A DNA stretch of 64,000 nt from Octopus sinensis (taxonomy: Eukaryota), in contig NC_043010.1 of the NCBI RefSeq assembly GCF_006345805.1, positions 55,800,001 through 55,864,000 on the forward strand. The letters are read 5' to 3'. This document shows, in pieces, positions 39,795 to 51,900 of this stretch. The translations under genes were made by a program, and so were the position numbers. The notes beneath the pieces are model-generated. The model was not told the origin of the DNA. It ran no database searches and saw only the letters and a list, made by a program, of their open reading frames with translations. The stretch's first letter is position 1. Each line of letters opens with the position of its first letter.

Positions 39795-42700
39795 TGTGTT
39801 AATTAAAGAAAGCCAAAAATAAAACAAAAATAAAACAATGTTCTCTCAGGAAGATGCAGAACACTTGGTGGGAGGATCTTGCTCGTGATGTTCAGGTTGC
39901 TGCTGATGCGAATGACAGCAAGAAGCTTTACCATCTTATGAAGCAAGTTTATAGGCCAAAGAGCTCCTTTGCTTTCTAAGGAGTCTTCCACTCTATTTAC
40001 TAAATCAACAGAAATCACAGGTCGCTGGATCGATCACTTCTCTGAACTCGTAAACCATGAATCAGTTGTGGATGAAACAGTGATTGATACTATGCAACAA
40101 AGACCTTATCATTGGCTCCTTAAATTCCACACCCTCAATAGATGAAGTAATGACATCAATAAGTAAATTGAATCTTGGTAGGGCACCTGGAAAAGATGGA
40201 ATCTGAGCTGAGGTCTTGCGATTTGGTGGTGATTACATCATACAGTCTCTTCATGAACTTAGAGCAGTCTGGAAGGATGGTGCAATACCTAAAGACTAGA
40301 AAGATACTATTATTCTTCCTCTCTATAAAGGAAAAGGAGCCAGAACAATGTGTGGTAACTACAGAGGTATTGCTCTACTATCAGCTGCTGGCAAGGTTCT
40401 GACAAATATTCTTCTTGCCCACCTGAATGGGTGTCTCATAAATGATGTCCTATCTGAATCTTAATGTGGCTTCTGATCTGATAGAGGGACAATGGATGAT
40501 TTTCACAGCAACACAGATGCAGGAAAAGTGCTATGAGCAGAATATGGATCTTGTCTAGGTATTCATTGATTTAACGAAGGCCTTTGGTACAATGAATAGA
40601 GCCTTGCTATGGAAAATACTTGGCAAACTTGGATGTCCGGATCACTTTGTATCTATAATTAAATCATTTCATGATGGAATGGAATCTTGGGTCAATATTG
40701 ATGGTGGCATGGTGGGACCCATTACTGTAGAGAATGGTGTCAAGCAGGGTGACATCCTTGCCCCAACTCCCTTTTCAAAGTACTTTGCTGCTGCTTTTAC
40801 TCATGTTTTTGCTAAGGTAGCTCTCTAGGAATATATGTCACATATCAATCTTCTGGCCACCTCTTTCATATGCACCGATTTGCTGCCAATTCAAAAGTTT
40901 TCCAGTCTCTTATTCATGACTTCCTTTATGCAGATGACTGTGACTTAGTCACTCATATAGTGGATGACATGCAAATACTTATGAATCATATTTCTGCTTT
41001 TTGCAAGGTATTTGGACTCAGCATTAGCCTGGACAAACCTGCACCAGGAAACCCATATGTGGAACCAGCTATCTTGGTTGGAGGAACAATATTGAAAGTG
41101 GGAGACAAGTTTGTCTACCTGGGCAGTACATTCAGCCATTCTTGCTCCCTAGATAATGAAATATCTTTCAGGCTGCAGAGAACATGTGATTCCTTCCGGT
41201 CTCTACAGTCTTGTGTCTGGCCCCGGCATGGCATCACAAGTCAAACAAAAATTGCTATCTACTGTGCATGTGTACTGACATCGCTCCTTTACTCATGCGA
41301 GACATGGACCCTTTACAAACATCATGTAAGGGTCCGTGAATGCTTTCATAAGAGATCTCTCAGACACATTCTGAATGTTGACTGGACCTTAAAAACTCCA
41401 GACACACAGGTCTTGAGGACAGCTGATATCTTGAGTATTGAGGCGATGGTGCACAAGCACCAGTTACATTGGACTGGACACCTTTTTAGAATGAAGGATA
41501 GCAGGATCCCTAAACAGATGCTATATGGGGAACTTGTGAATGGAAAAAGACCCTGGCAGAAACCAAGGCTGTGATTTAAGGACTGTGTCAAGTCCTCATT
41601 AAAGGCCTGTGATATGCAGGAGACTGACTGCAAGAGCAATGTCTGTCATTGCAACAGATGGAGGAAACAGGTTAAGGAGGGGGTCAACACCATTGGGAGA
41701 GAACGTATTCAGCATGAAGAACTTAAGAAATGCTGTTTAAAAGCACAACTGCTGGTGTAGCGAGTGGGGAAAGCTTGGTTTGCAATGTTTGCTGTCATGT
41801 ATGCTTGTCAAGAGCAGGGCTCAGTAGCCACCTGTGGAGCTGCAAATGTAAAATATAAGTTGGTCCTAGAGTACACAATGTTCTGAAGGTCAGCAATGGT
41901 CTTCCTTGGTCACGAGTGGATGGCCATCATCATCATGTATGTATAAACCAGACTTGTAAGGGGCTAGCTTCAAAAGAATTTGGATAGGTTTGTATGACAT
42001 GCAAAGATGAGAACATTAAGTTTTCAAGCAAAACCTTTCATTGGAAAGAAACCATTTACTTTTATTTAAGTATAACATAATTGCTCTCTTCTGTGTTTTT
42101 TATTTATTCACAGATTCCCAGTGCTAAATGGTCCCCAGTCTATTTATCCCTTGTTGGTAGTTTGGTGAATAGAAATGGTATTTATAACTTCTTCCATGAT
42201 TATCTACGACAAGCTGTTGAGGTTCGATTCCTGCCAACTTTAAATGATAAGAAAATTTACTCAAAACAGTTGGCCAGTTTCTTTGCCTTGCAACCAATGA
42301 GCTATCGCGTAGTGAGTATAAAACTTTCTTCTTGTTATTGTAGAATAACTAATGACATCTACGTGGGGAGAGAATATCACCTCATACAACATACACAGTC
42401 TCTCTCTCTCTCTCTTACACACGCCCATTCTCTGTCACAGCCACACATATTATCACCCCCCCCCCATTACACATGCACATTCTCTCTCTCTCATTCCCTC
42501 AATCACACATACATATACACACATACATATACACACATACATATACACACATACATATACACACATTTTATCTCTGTCTTTCACATGTACGAACTGACAC
42601 TTTCTCAAGGAAAACCCCATTTATTTTCTCTCTCTCTCTCTCTCTCAGTCATGCCCAGATTCTTCCTTTCTCTCTCAGTCATGCATGGTTTCTCTCTCTC

Positions 42701-45700
42701 TCTCATCTCTCCCCACACACACACACCCCCCCCCCACTCTGTCTCTCACTCCTACACAAACCTTTACCCAATCCTTTGCCTTCCTCTAATTCTATCCTCA
42801 TTTTCTCCTCTCCTCCTCCTCCATCAGGCTGAAGAATTACCATTTCTATTGTATGAAGCTGGAGAAATGGAAAGTTTGAAGGAAACCTTGTCAGACTTGA
42901 ACCTTTTCCAACAACTGATGGCGACAGAACAGGGCAAATATGATTTAATTCACTATTGGAAACTGGTAAGTTCTGTTCTCTCACCGTGTCCCGTCTACAA
43001 CAACTTCATTGGCCACTGCTTTGTCATTTTTATCAGTATCACCACACGATTGATCACAAAATACAGGGGAAAACAAAAACAATTACAAGACTGATCCTAT
43101 TCCACATTTATCCCTGAATCATTGTCTACATCTGAGATTATTCTGCTGCAGCAAGTATCAGGATTCCTCCCTCTATAGATAACCTCAGGCATTGTACACA
43201 GGTTTAACTCACAAGCCTTCATCCATGGTTATGACAGAAGATATATGACCAAAGTGACATGCAGTGTGATCAGACTCAAAATCTGGTGGTTAAGAATCAG
43301 GTCACCGCCTCTCAGGTATCTCCATCCCATTCACCTCTCCTCCTCTTAACACCTTTGTTATGCTTCCCACACGAATCACTAGGCTCACTCTTTCCTTCCC
43401 AGAATGTTGGTTCTTTGGAATTCCTTGCTCAAATGTTCAAGTAACCTTAATGACATCAGTGTCACCAGTCTGGGAGGATCTACAATGACCACGACTGTTG
43501 CCCCTTCCTCAAGTCACAACAAATCAAAAGACAAACAGACCTGCACACACACACACACACTTAATGTTAAACTATAATTATCATGGTTGTCTAAATCCTC
43601 AATATCCCTTCTTGTTTTCATTTTCCTAGTTTGATGATTTCAATGAAGTCAGCAAAGTTTATAAAGAACAACTTGAATATTTCAATGGTAACAGACAAAG
43701 TGAAGATTTCTTAAAGCTATCAAAATCTTTGGCACAATTATTCATTGATTTGTCTTTGTTAGACGATGCCAAGTAAGGAATTATCAACAAAATTTTCTAA
43801 TCCAACTTTTTGTTTCTATTCTAATCATTTTATAGTCTTTGTCTCTTTTTAAATGTTTGTCAGATGAGTTTTATATAAATGCACTTTTTCTGAACTATGA
43901 ACTTCATCTTGGATGCAGTTTGTAAACAGTGGTAGAATTGCATATAAGTCAAGTAAGAATTGACAAAGGCCACCTTCAGGAACAGATGGTGGATTTCTCC
44001 AAAGTGAAGCATTCAAGAAGCATCCATTAGCTTTATCACAGAAAGGGCAGAAAAGAACAACAATTCAGAGGCAAAACTATTTCATTGCTTGCAAGAGGCA
44101 TCACAAATGATGCACTAGCAAATCAGAAAAGATGCGTTGGCTGAGTTAGACTGCATATGCTGAAATACAAAAGCATGAAAGTTGTGTGAAAGAAGTGCAG
44201 TGTGGTAACAAATGCACAATTCAGCTTTCAGCATGCTACCGAGGACCCATACTCTCCAATTCCAAATTGATGAGAACAGTTTTCCAACAACACTTTGCTG
44301 AACTATTGTTGATGAGCAGCAGGTGAGAGACAATGAATCTTGATGTCTACGTCGATGGCTTACCACAACACCTGAGCAGGGAGGTGCTGTGCATGAGAAA
44401 CTGATTTCAGCTAATGAAGTAACTGATGTGCTGAGCTGCTGCCTGAAGCACAAATCATCAGAATTAGATGGTGTTCTCTATAAGTCTTACTGCCACGCAT
44501 CAGACTTGTTTGCTGTGGTGATAACCATCTACTGCAGCTGGCAGCAAACTGTGGGTAGTTCCAATCAAATGAGTTGGTGAATGGTGATGCTACTGAGGGA
44601 GGACTCAAGTAAAGAGGATGTGAGAGAGAACTTTGAACCCATAACTCTACAAAATAGAGAGTAAAAGATATTTTGCTAAGAGATTGTCATTGACAGTGTA
44701 GTCAGAGACGTGCAAATCTATGTAATTCCAGGCAGGCCTATACACTGCTAACTCTGTGTAATATATCATTGTGTTGGGAATGAATTTGACTTTAGCAGAA
44801 TGCTGATCAATTTTGATCAGTTCAAAGTGTTTGTCAGAGTGAACCATTGCTACCCAGCAACTATGCTACGAGCAGTCAGTTTTGGTTCCATCATTAGAGG
44901 CAAGATCACAAAAACATACAGCAGTATTTTTCCAATGATTAAACTAGTCCCATCTTGAAATAATTTCTCTTGAACTCTTCGTCCATCAAATATATCTCCT
45001 CCACATTATGCTGTATGTTTTGGCACTGGAGCCGTTATTGCTTGCATAGGTTGGATATTTTAATGGAAACCTTCTCAAAATGGGTCACAGGGGAGTCATG
45101 TCTGCATTGGTAGATGATGGCACTGTCATAGATTTAGCATTATACCGGAAGAATAGCAGAGTGTAAAGAAGCACACATTAATTGGATCAAGTTTGTTTAA
45201 TCAGCATCTGGAGAGACAATTCCAAGCTAGCCAGTTTCTGTTGTTTGATTTGGGGCTCAGTTAAGATGCTAGGGTTAGGGTTAAGACTGGACCTTCAGAC
45301 AGATAAGAACTGGGGAAAAGGTCATGAGCAAATTAGCCAGTCTCTCTCAGAAATGGGACGAGTGATTGTTGTTCCAGAGAGATCTGATGTGACTACATCA
45401 CTTCAGTGCTATACAACCAGCTGGTCATTGTACATTTTTCCAAGAAACCTCTGACCAGACTGGAATGAAATGATTTTCAGGTTCTAGGGAAGGAACAGAT
45501 TTTGCTATTCAGAAAATTTTCTCCCTGGTAACATCAACTTTGCCAAAACAGTCACAGAAGCCCAGATGCAAACTTTGGCCTGGCTGACTCTTGTGGTACC
45601 ATCCCACCCATGCTAGCATGGAAGACAGACATTAAACAATAATGATGATGATGATGTGTGTCTTTGTGACTGCATTTGTCCCCACCACCCCTTGGAAACC

Positions 45701-47299
45701 AGTGTTGGTGTATTTATGTCCCTGTAACTTAGCAGTTCAGCAAAAAAGAGCAAAAGACTGAGTAACAGACTTTTAAAAAAATAAGTACTGAGGTTGGAGT
45801 TGATTCATTCAATTAAAATTCTACAAAGTGGTGCCCCAGCATGGCCACAATCTAATGACTAAAACAAAAGATAAAAGATTGTTAGCTTGCTTAATGGCCT
45901 TTTGTCTGTCTTCACGTTCAGAGTTCAAATACTACTGGCGTTGACTTTGCCCTTCATCCTTTCAGGGTCAACACTGGGGTTCATGTAATCAACCCCTCCC
46001 CTGAAAGTGCTGGTGTTGTGCCAAAATTTGACATCATCATCATTATTATTATTGATTCCACTGAGATCATCTTCACTTATCATACTTTCAAGGTTGATAA
46101 AATAAAATGCTGGACAACCAGCTTCCTTCAAAAATGCTGGCTTTATGCTGATATCATAAATTATTATTATTAAACAAAGGGAACAGACATCTGTCAGAAT
46201 GGTCCAATATGACTACATATGGACTCATAGAAGATGCAGTGAAACACCCCAGAATTTGCAGAGACAGTATTTTTTTAATAGAAAAGACAGGAAAAAATGT
46301 CACTTAAAAAATAACAGCTCATAAAAAAAAAGAAGAAACAGAAGCTACAAATTGCAAAGCGTAAAAGAAGAGATTGGTGAAAATAAATTTGAATTACAAT
46401 AAACCATTACCAGAACAGCTCAGTTTTTGTTAGCATTGTGAAATGAAAAGACTTAATAGATATTGACCAACTTTAGTAAAAAGAAAAAATGCTACAAAAG
46501 AGATTCTCCTCTCCTGAGGAATATACTCAAGAAATAATAGAAAGCAGGAATATGACATTTCACGCTTTTGTTAGCAATCTGTTTGAGATCATCCTTAATC
46601 TTATGATGCAAACTTTCTGTTTTAAAGTGACCAAAATTAAAACCTGCAATCAAAACTGCATGCTAATTTATGTTCCAAACACCAGCTTAATAATAGCCAT
46701 TTGACCAAATCCTTTTCTATTTTCAAAATTAATTGAAGCAACTTAATTGAAGGCAGTGTATTTCAACAGAAATTTGACAGCAACATGATGGAGAGGTTTT
46801 TGTATTATCTCCATGGGACTTAGAATGAACCATGGCCCATGTGTGGAAAAATGATCCCTCAACAGAAGCAAGGAATACAGAAGTATCTGCCAATTATTTA
46901 AAACTGAATATAAAGAGAGAGAAGGCCAGCAGGACAGGTATTATTTAGCTTCCCACAAGATGGCACTGTAATACATGGATAGAAAAAATATAAGATCATG
47001 GACAAAGATATTGATGTGGGCTCTTGGCTTATAGTCTTACAATAGAATACAAGCAGATCAATGATAACATTTGAAGACCACAAAGGTTTCAACGAGTTAT
47101 GCCACATTGCAAGAAAGAAGTCAGTGATGGTGCAGAGGCAGATAGTTCATATGTGTAATCTATCTCTGTATATATTATGTAGGTATGGTTATATAAGTGG
47201 GTGTATGCACATATATATATACACACACACTTACACACATTTTTTAAAATCCCTTTTTTGATGGACATGATTTATGTTGCATGTTTGATCTCTTGTTGC

Positions 47300-47351
<52 letters not shown>

Positions 47352-48885
47352 TAAGATGTTGCATGGTGTCCAATATCGTGATGTTGAGTAAAAATATTGT
47401 GTCTAACACCCAGATTGTAGGGTATTTCTAAAGTTTCCAGATGTTTCTTCAGCTTGGGTGATATTGAACCCAATGCTCCAATAACAACAGGGATTGCCTT
47501 TATGTTTGATTCTCGTAGTTGCCACAGTTTAGTAATCTCAATTCTCAGGTCTCCATATTTATCAACTTTTTTTCTTTCTTTCATGATAATATGTTGATCT
47601 CCTGGCACTGCCACATTGATTATTAGGCACTCTTGTTTGTCCCTCCTACAGGTTACTATATCTGGCCTTCAGTGTTCTAACACCTTGTCTGTTTGGAAAT
47701 CAAAGTCTCAAAGGATTTTTGCCTTCTATTTTTCATCCATTACCTTTTCCAGTGTATTTTGGTATCAAGCACCTATTATCTCATATTCACACTCCTGCAG
47801 AGTGGCCAGTGAAGGTTTGGGGCTACCTTGTTGTGTTTGCGCTTGTACTTTTCTGCACAAGACTTTCACAAGTACTAACAATGTGAGTCATGCTTTTGAC
47901 CCTCTTCCTACACATTCTTCAGGGGTTCGTTGCACTTGTGTGGTATATATCCCTTTTCACAGAGTTGGTACACAATGCCTGATCCTGGGCTGCAATGATT
48001 ATGCTATCAGTATTCTTGTTTTTAGGTCATCCTTGCTGAGCCATCTCCATGATGCTTCCTGATCTTTTAAGTTGTTATCATTATTATTAAAACCAAGGTC
48101 AACTTTATCTTTCATCCTTTTGGGGTTGATAAATTAAGTACCAGTTATACACTGGGGTCAATGTAATTGACTAGTCCACTTCCCAGAAATTTCAGGTCTT
48201 GTGCCTATAGTAGAAAGGATTATCATTATTATTATTATTATTATTATTATTAAGGCAGTGAGCTGACAGAATCATTAGCATGCCAGGCAAAATGCTTAGT
48301 GGCATTTATTCTGGCTTTATATTCTGAGTTCAAATTTCACTGAAGTTGACTTGCTTTTCATCCTTTCGGGTTGATAAAATAAGTACCAGTTGAGGACTGG
48401 GGTTAATGTAATCAACTTATCCCCACCCCCAAAATTGCTGGCCTTGTGCCAAAACTTGAATCCATTATTATTATTATTATTATTATCATTATTAAGGCAG
48501 TGACCTGCCAGAATCATTTGCACACCGGGCGAAATGCTTAGTGGTATTTGTCTACTGCTACATTCTGAGATCAAATTCCGCCGAGGTCGACTTTGCCTTT
48601 CATCCTTTCGGGGTCGATTAAATAAGTACCAGTTACGCACTGGGGTCGATGTAATCGACTTAATCCGTTTGTCTGTCCTTGTTTGTCCTCTCTGTGTTTA
48701 GCCCCTTGTGGGTAGTAAAGAAATAGGTATTTTGTCTGCCATTACGTTCTGAGTTTCAATTCCTCTGAGTTTGCCTTTCATCCTTTCAGCGTCAATAAAT
48801 TAAGTATCAGTTGAGTGCTGGGGTTTGATCTAATCAATTAGACCCCTCCTGCCAAATTTCAGGCCTTGTGCTTATAGTACAAAGG

Positions 48886-48919
<34 letters not shown>

Positions 48920-51900
48920 TGCCAAGGTCAACTTTGCCTTTCATCCTTTCAGTGTTGATAAACTTAGTACCAGTGAAACACTGGTGTTGACGTCATTGAC
49001 TGGGCCCCTTTCTCAAAATTGTACCTATAGTTGAAAAATGTATTATCAATAGTAGTTTACGTATTATGTTGTATATTGGCAGGAAACTCCTGGAATCTTT
49101 GTTGCATGATTTTGAGAAGAAATATGGTGATGAGTTTGTTACAATTGTATATTGTCCATGGAACTTCTCTTGGAAGAGCCGGTGCTGTCACGAGACTGTC
49201 ATTGAGGTAAGTCTGGGCATGAGGGACAGTACTTTCTTTCAGTCTGGTGAAAACCAGATGATTAGGGTTTAACCAAGCAGGCCTATGATCAAAACAATTC
49301 CATCACTTTAACTCAGGCATAGTGTACCTTGAACCATATTCCTTCCTTATTTAAGATAGAAGGTTATGGTCTGGCTGCTATATCTAGCAGGTAGAGTGAT
49401 CGCGTAGAGGCTCCTTTATGAAAGACATTGAAAAGCTGCAAAATGAGATCCAAGCAATTTCAAATCAAGCAAATGAGACAATGATTAGGAAGAAACTGAT
49501 ACATTATATTTTTATGTTAGTGGGATGAATATGACGATGATGGCTGCTAGAAATAGCAACCAAATTTCCTTCTATTCATAGTCCAGCAGATACCTTAGAT
49601 GAAGTAGCCCTAAATACACTAAATCCAAATAAAATGGAGTTGGTCTTTGATGTCTCAAAACTAATCTGAACCACAAAAGCAAAGACATTCCATCTCAAAG
49701 TTGATACCCGCTAGAATTAGGGATACTTATTTGGCATTCTTTCATCAAGGAATAAGGACTGTGTCGGTCCCTCCCTGATAGAGTTTAGAACTCACTTTTC
49801 TGCACCTGTTCAGTAATAATAATAATAAAAGCAGTAAGAGTTGTTTCTATCCCCAGCAGACTCTAAATTCTTTAGGTCTTTGCTCCAAGATGCTCACCTC
49901 AAGACCCTCCCAACTAATCATACATCAGGACTATATTATTCAATACATCCCTCCTTACACATTCGGATATGATTTGAGAAAAATCGGGTGACTATTTCTA
50001 GCATGTAGACCAACTGTTTAGATGCTGCCATATTTGCACGATGCACCAGATGTCGTTTTTGTTGTTATTGTTGCTGTAGTTGTTGTTGTTACTCATGTTG
50101 TGTGTTTCACATTCTTGCTTCCCTTTCCTGTCATATTAGCTGCTCCTGTTTATTCATTCTGTCTTTAAATCAGTTTTTGCTGCGATGAAAGAGCAGTGCC
50201 TCTGGCCTTCACAGAACTTCCAACAGCCATGACTTTTGTACAAGGTCACTCTAAGAGACAACTGCAAGTTGACGGCTGCAGGAAACGAAAAACCTGAAGG
50301 AGTTTCAGAGATTGCGAAAAGTGGGGAGAGAGAAACATTTGGAGGAGATTTACTTTGTGTGTGTGTGTGTGTGTGAAAGAGAGAAAGAGAGTGAGAGAGA
50401 GAGATGTGGAGTTAGCAACAAAATGGTCAAGCATACAGGAAGGTCCTTTTCTGTAGGAGAATTATGAAATAGTTGGACTGCGGATTCGTTAGATGCAATG
50501 TCACAGAGGTATTCTTCACATTTGGGGGGGGGGGTTGCAGGAGTTGTGGTGATGGACTGAGTGTTTTCTGCAAGTATGTTCTTTACCTGAACAGGTGCAA
50601 TAGAATTATAAGTGAAACACTGAGAGAATTTAGGGTCATGGCTTTTGGTTGCTAGTGGGGTGTGAAAGGATATGAGTAAAAGGATAATTTTGACCTCCCA
50701 CCCAATTGGTTCTGTTGGCTAAGAGTTGATGCTTATTCACTGCCTGTAGTGTTTTGACAATAAACATTCAAACTTGTCACTTTACTGAACTTTCTACACA
50801 AGATGTTAATTTGCTTGTGGCCGAATATTCCACATACCCATGTACTCCAAACATAATATAAACAGTATGTAACAAGGCTGGATCTTTGAATTACAGGCAC
50901 ACTCTATTTGATGAGCTTCTTTACAGTGTTTATTTACCAGTTTTACTTTCAAGTTAAGGGTCAACCCAAGGCTATGGTAAAAGAACTTGCTCAAGGACTC
51001 ACACAGTAGGTCAAAGCAGAAAACTCATGATTGTAAAACAAACTTCTTAACCACTTCGATACATCTGAATCTATGCTGTCAAAGATGGCCTAAAACTGAT
51101 GGAGCACTGATCTGTTGTCTCACTTAAAGGGCAACAGGTTCCAGGGAGGAAGGCTTATCGCATAGAATAATTTATTGGCAAATCTCTCCAGAAATATTGT
51201 AGAATTGCTGTGTATTTAATGTTGCTTTCTCTTCTTCTCAGCTGCTCCAGTTACTGGCAAGTGTTTGCACTGAACAGAATGATTTGGAACAAGCAGAAAC
51301 TTATTACCGAGAACTTCTGGACAGATTGAACACTGCGAAAACATGGAAACAGAAACTTCAGGTCTTGTTATAAAATGTTCATGTCTAGAACATACCTGGG
51401 ATATATCATGGAACATATGACATACCTGTGGTATATAAAAGAGATACAGACTCTAAAGTCTATAAACCACCGGGTTGTAGAAAAAAACCCTTCAAAGACT
51501 ATCTTCCAAGTCATGTATCAATAACAAATGAGTCAAATGGAATATGTGTTTGTCTAATATGTTATAATTAAATGGATAAGCTTAGGTTGCAAGCTTAGGA
51601 AATGAATATAATAAAGTCTATTTGCTTTGTGCTACGTATTAATACACTCTGATAAAGTGAATAATCATTTGAAATATTAATGTCTTGATCTGTGTGACAT
51701 GACACACTTCAGTGACAAACTATGAACTACTGACTCATTTATTGATTGGTAGGTCATCAGGTCAAGTTAAATATCTAAGACTGTCTTTGGAGATTAGGAT
51801 TAGCTGTAGATTTAACTTTAATGTTAATCTTTAGGATTATGTCTAAGGTTAGTGTTATGTTTAAAGTTAGACTTAGAGCAAACTTTTAGTTAAGTTTAAG

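Noticed and set aside
44870-45480. Possible Penelope RT remnant on minus strand (WRRYI motif)
   Set aside because: Only one frameshifted motif; not enough support.
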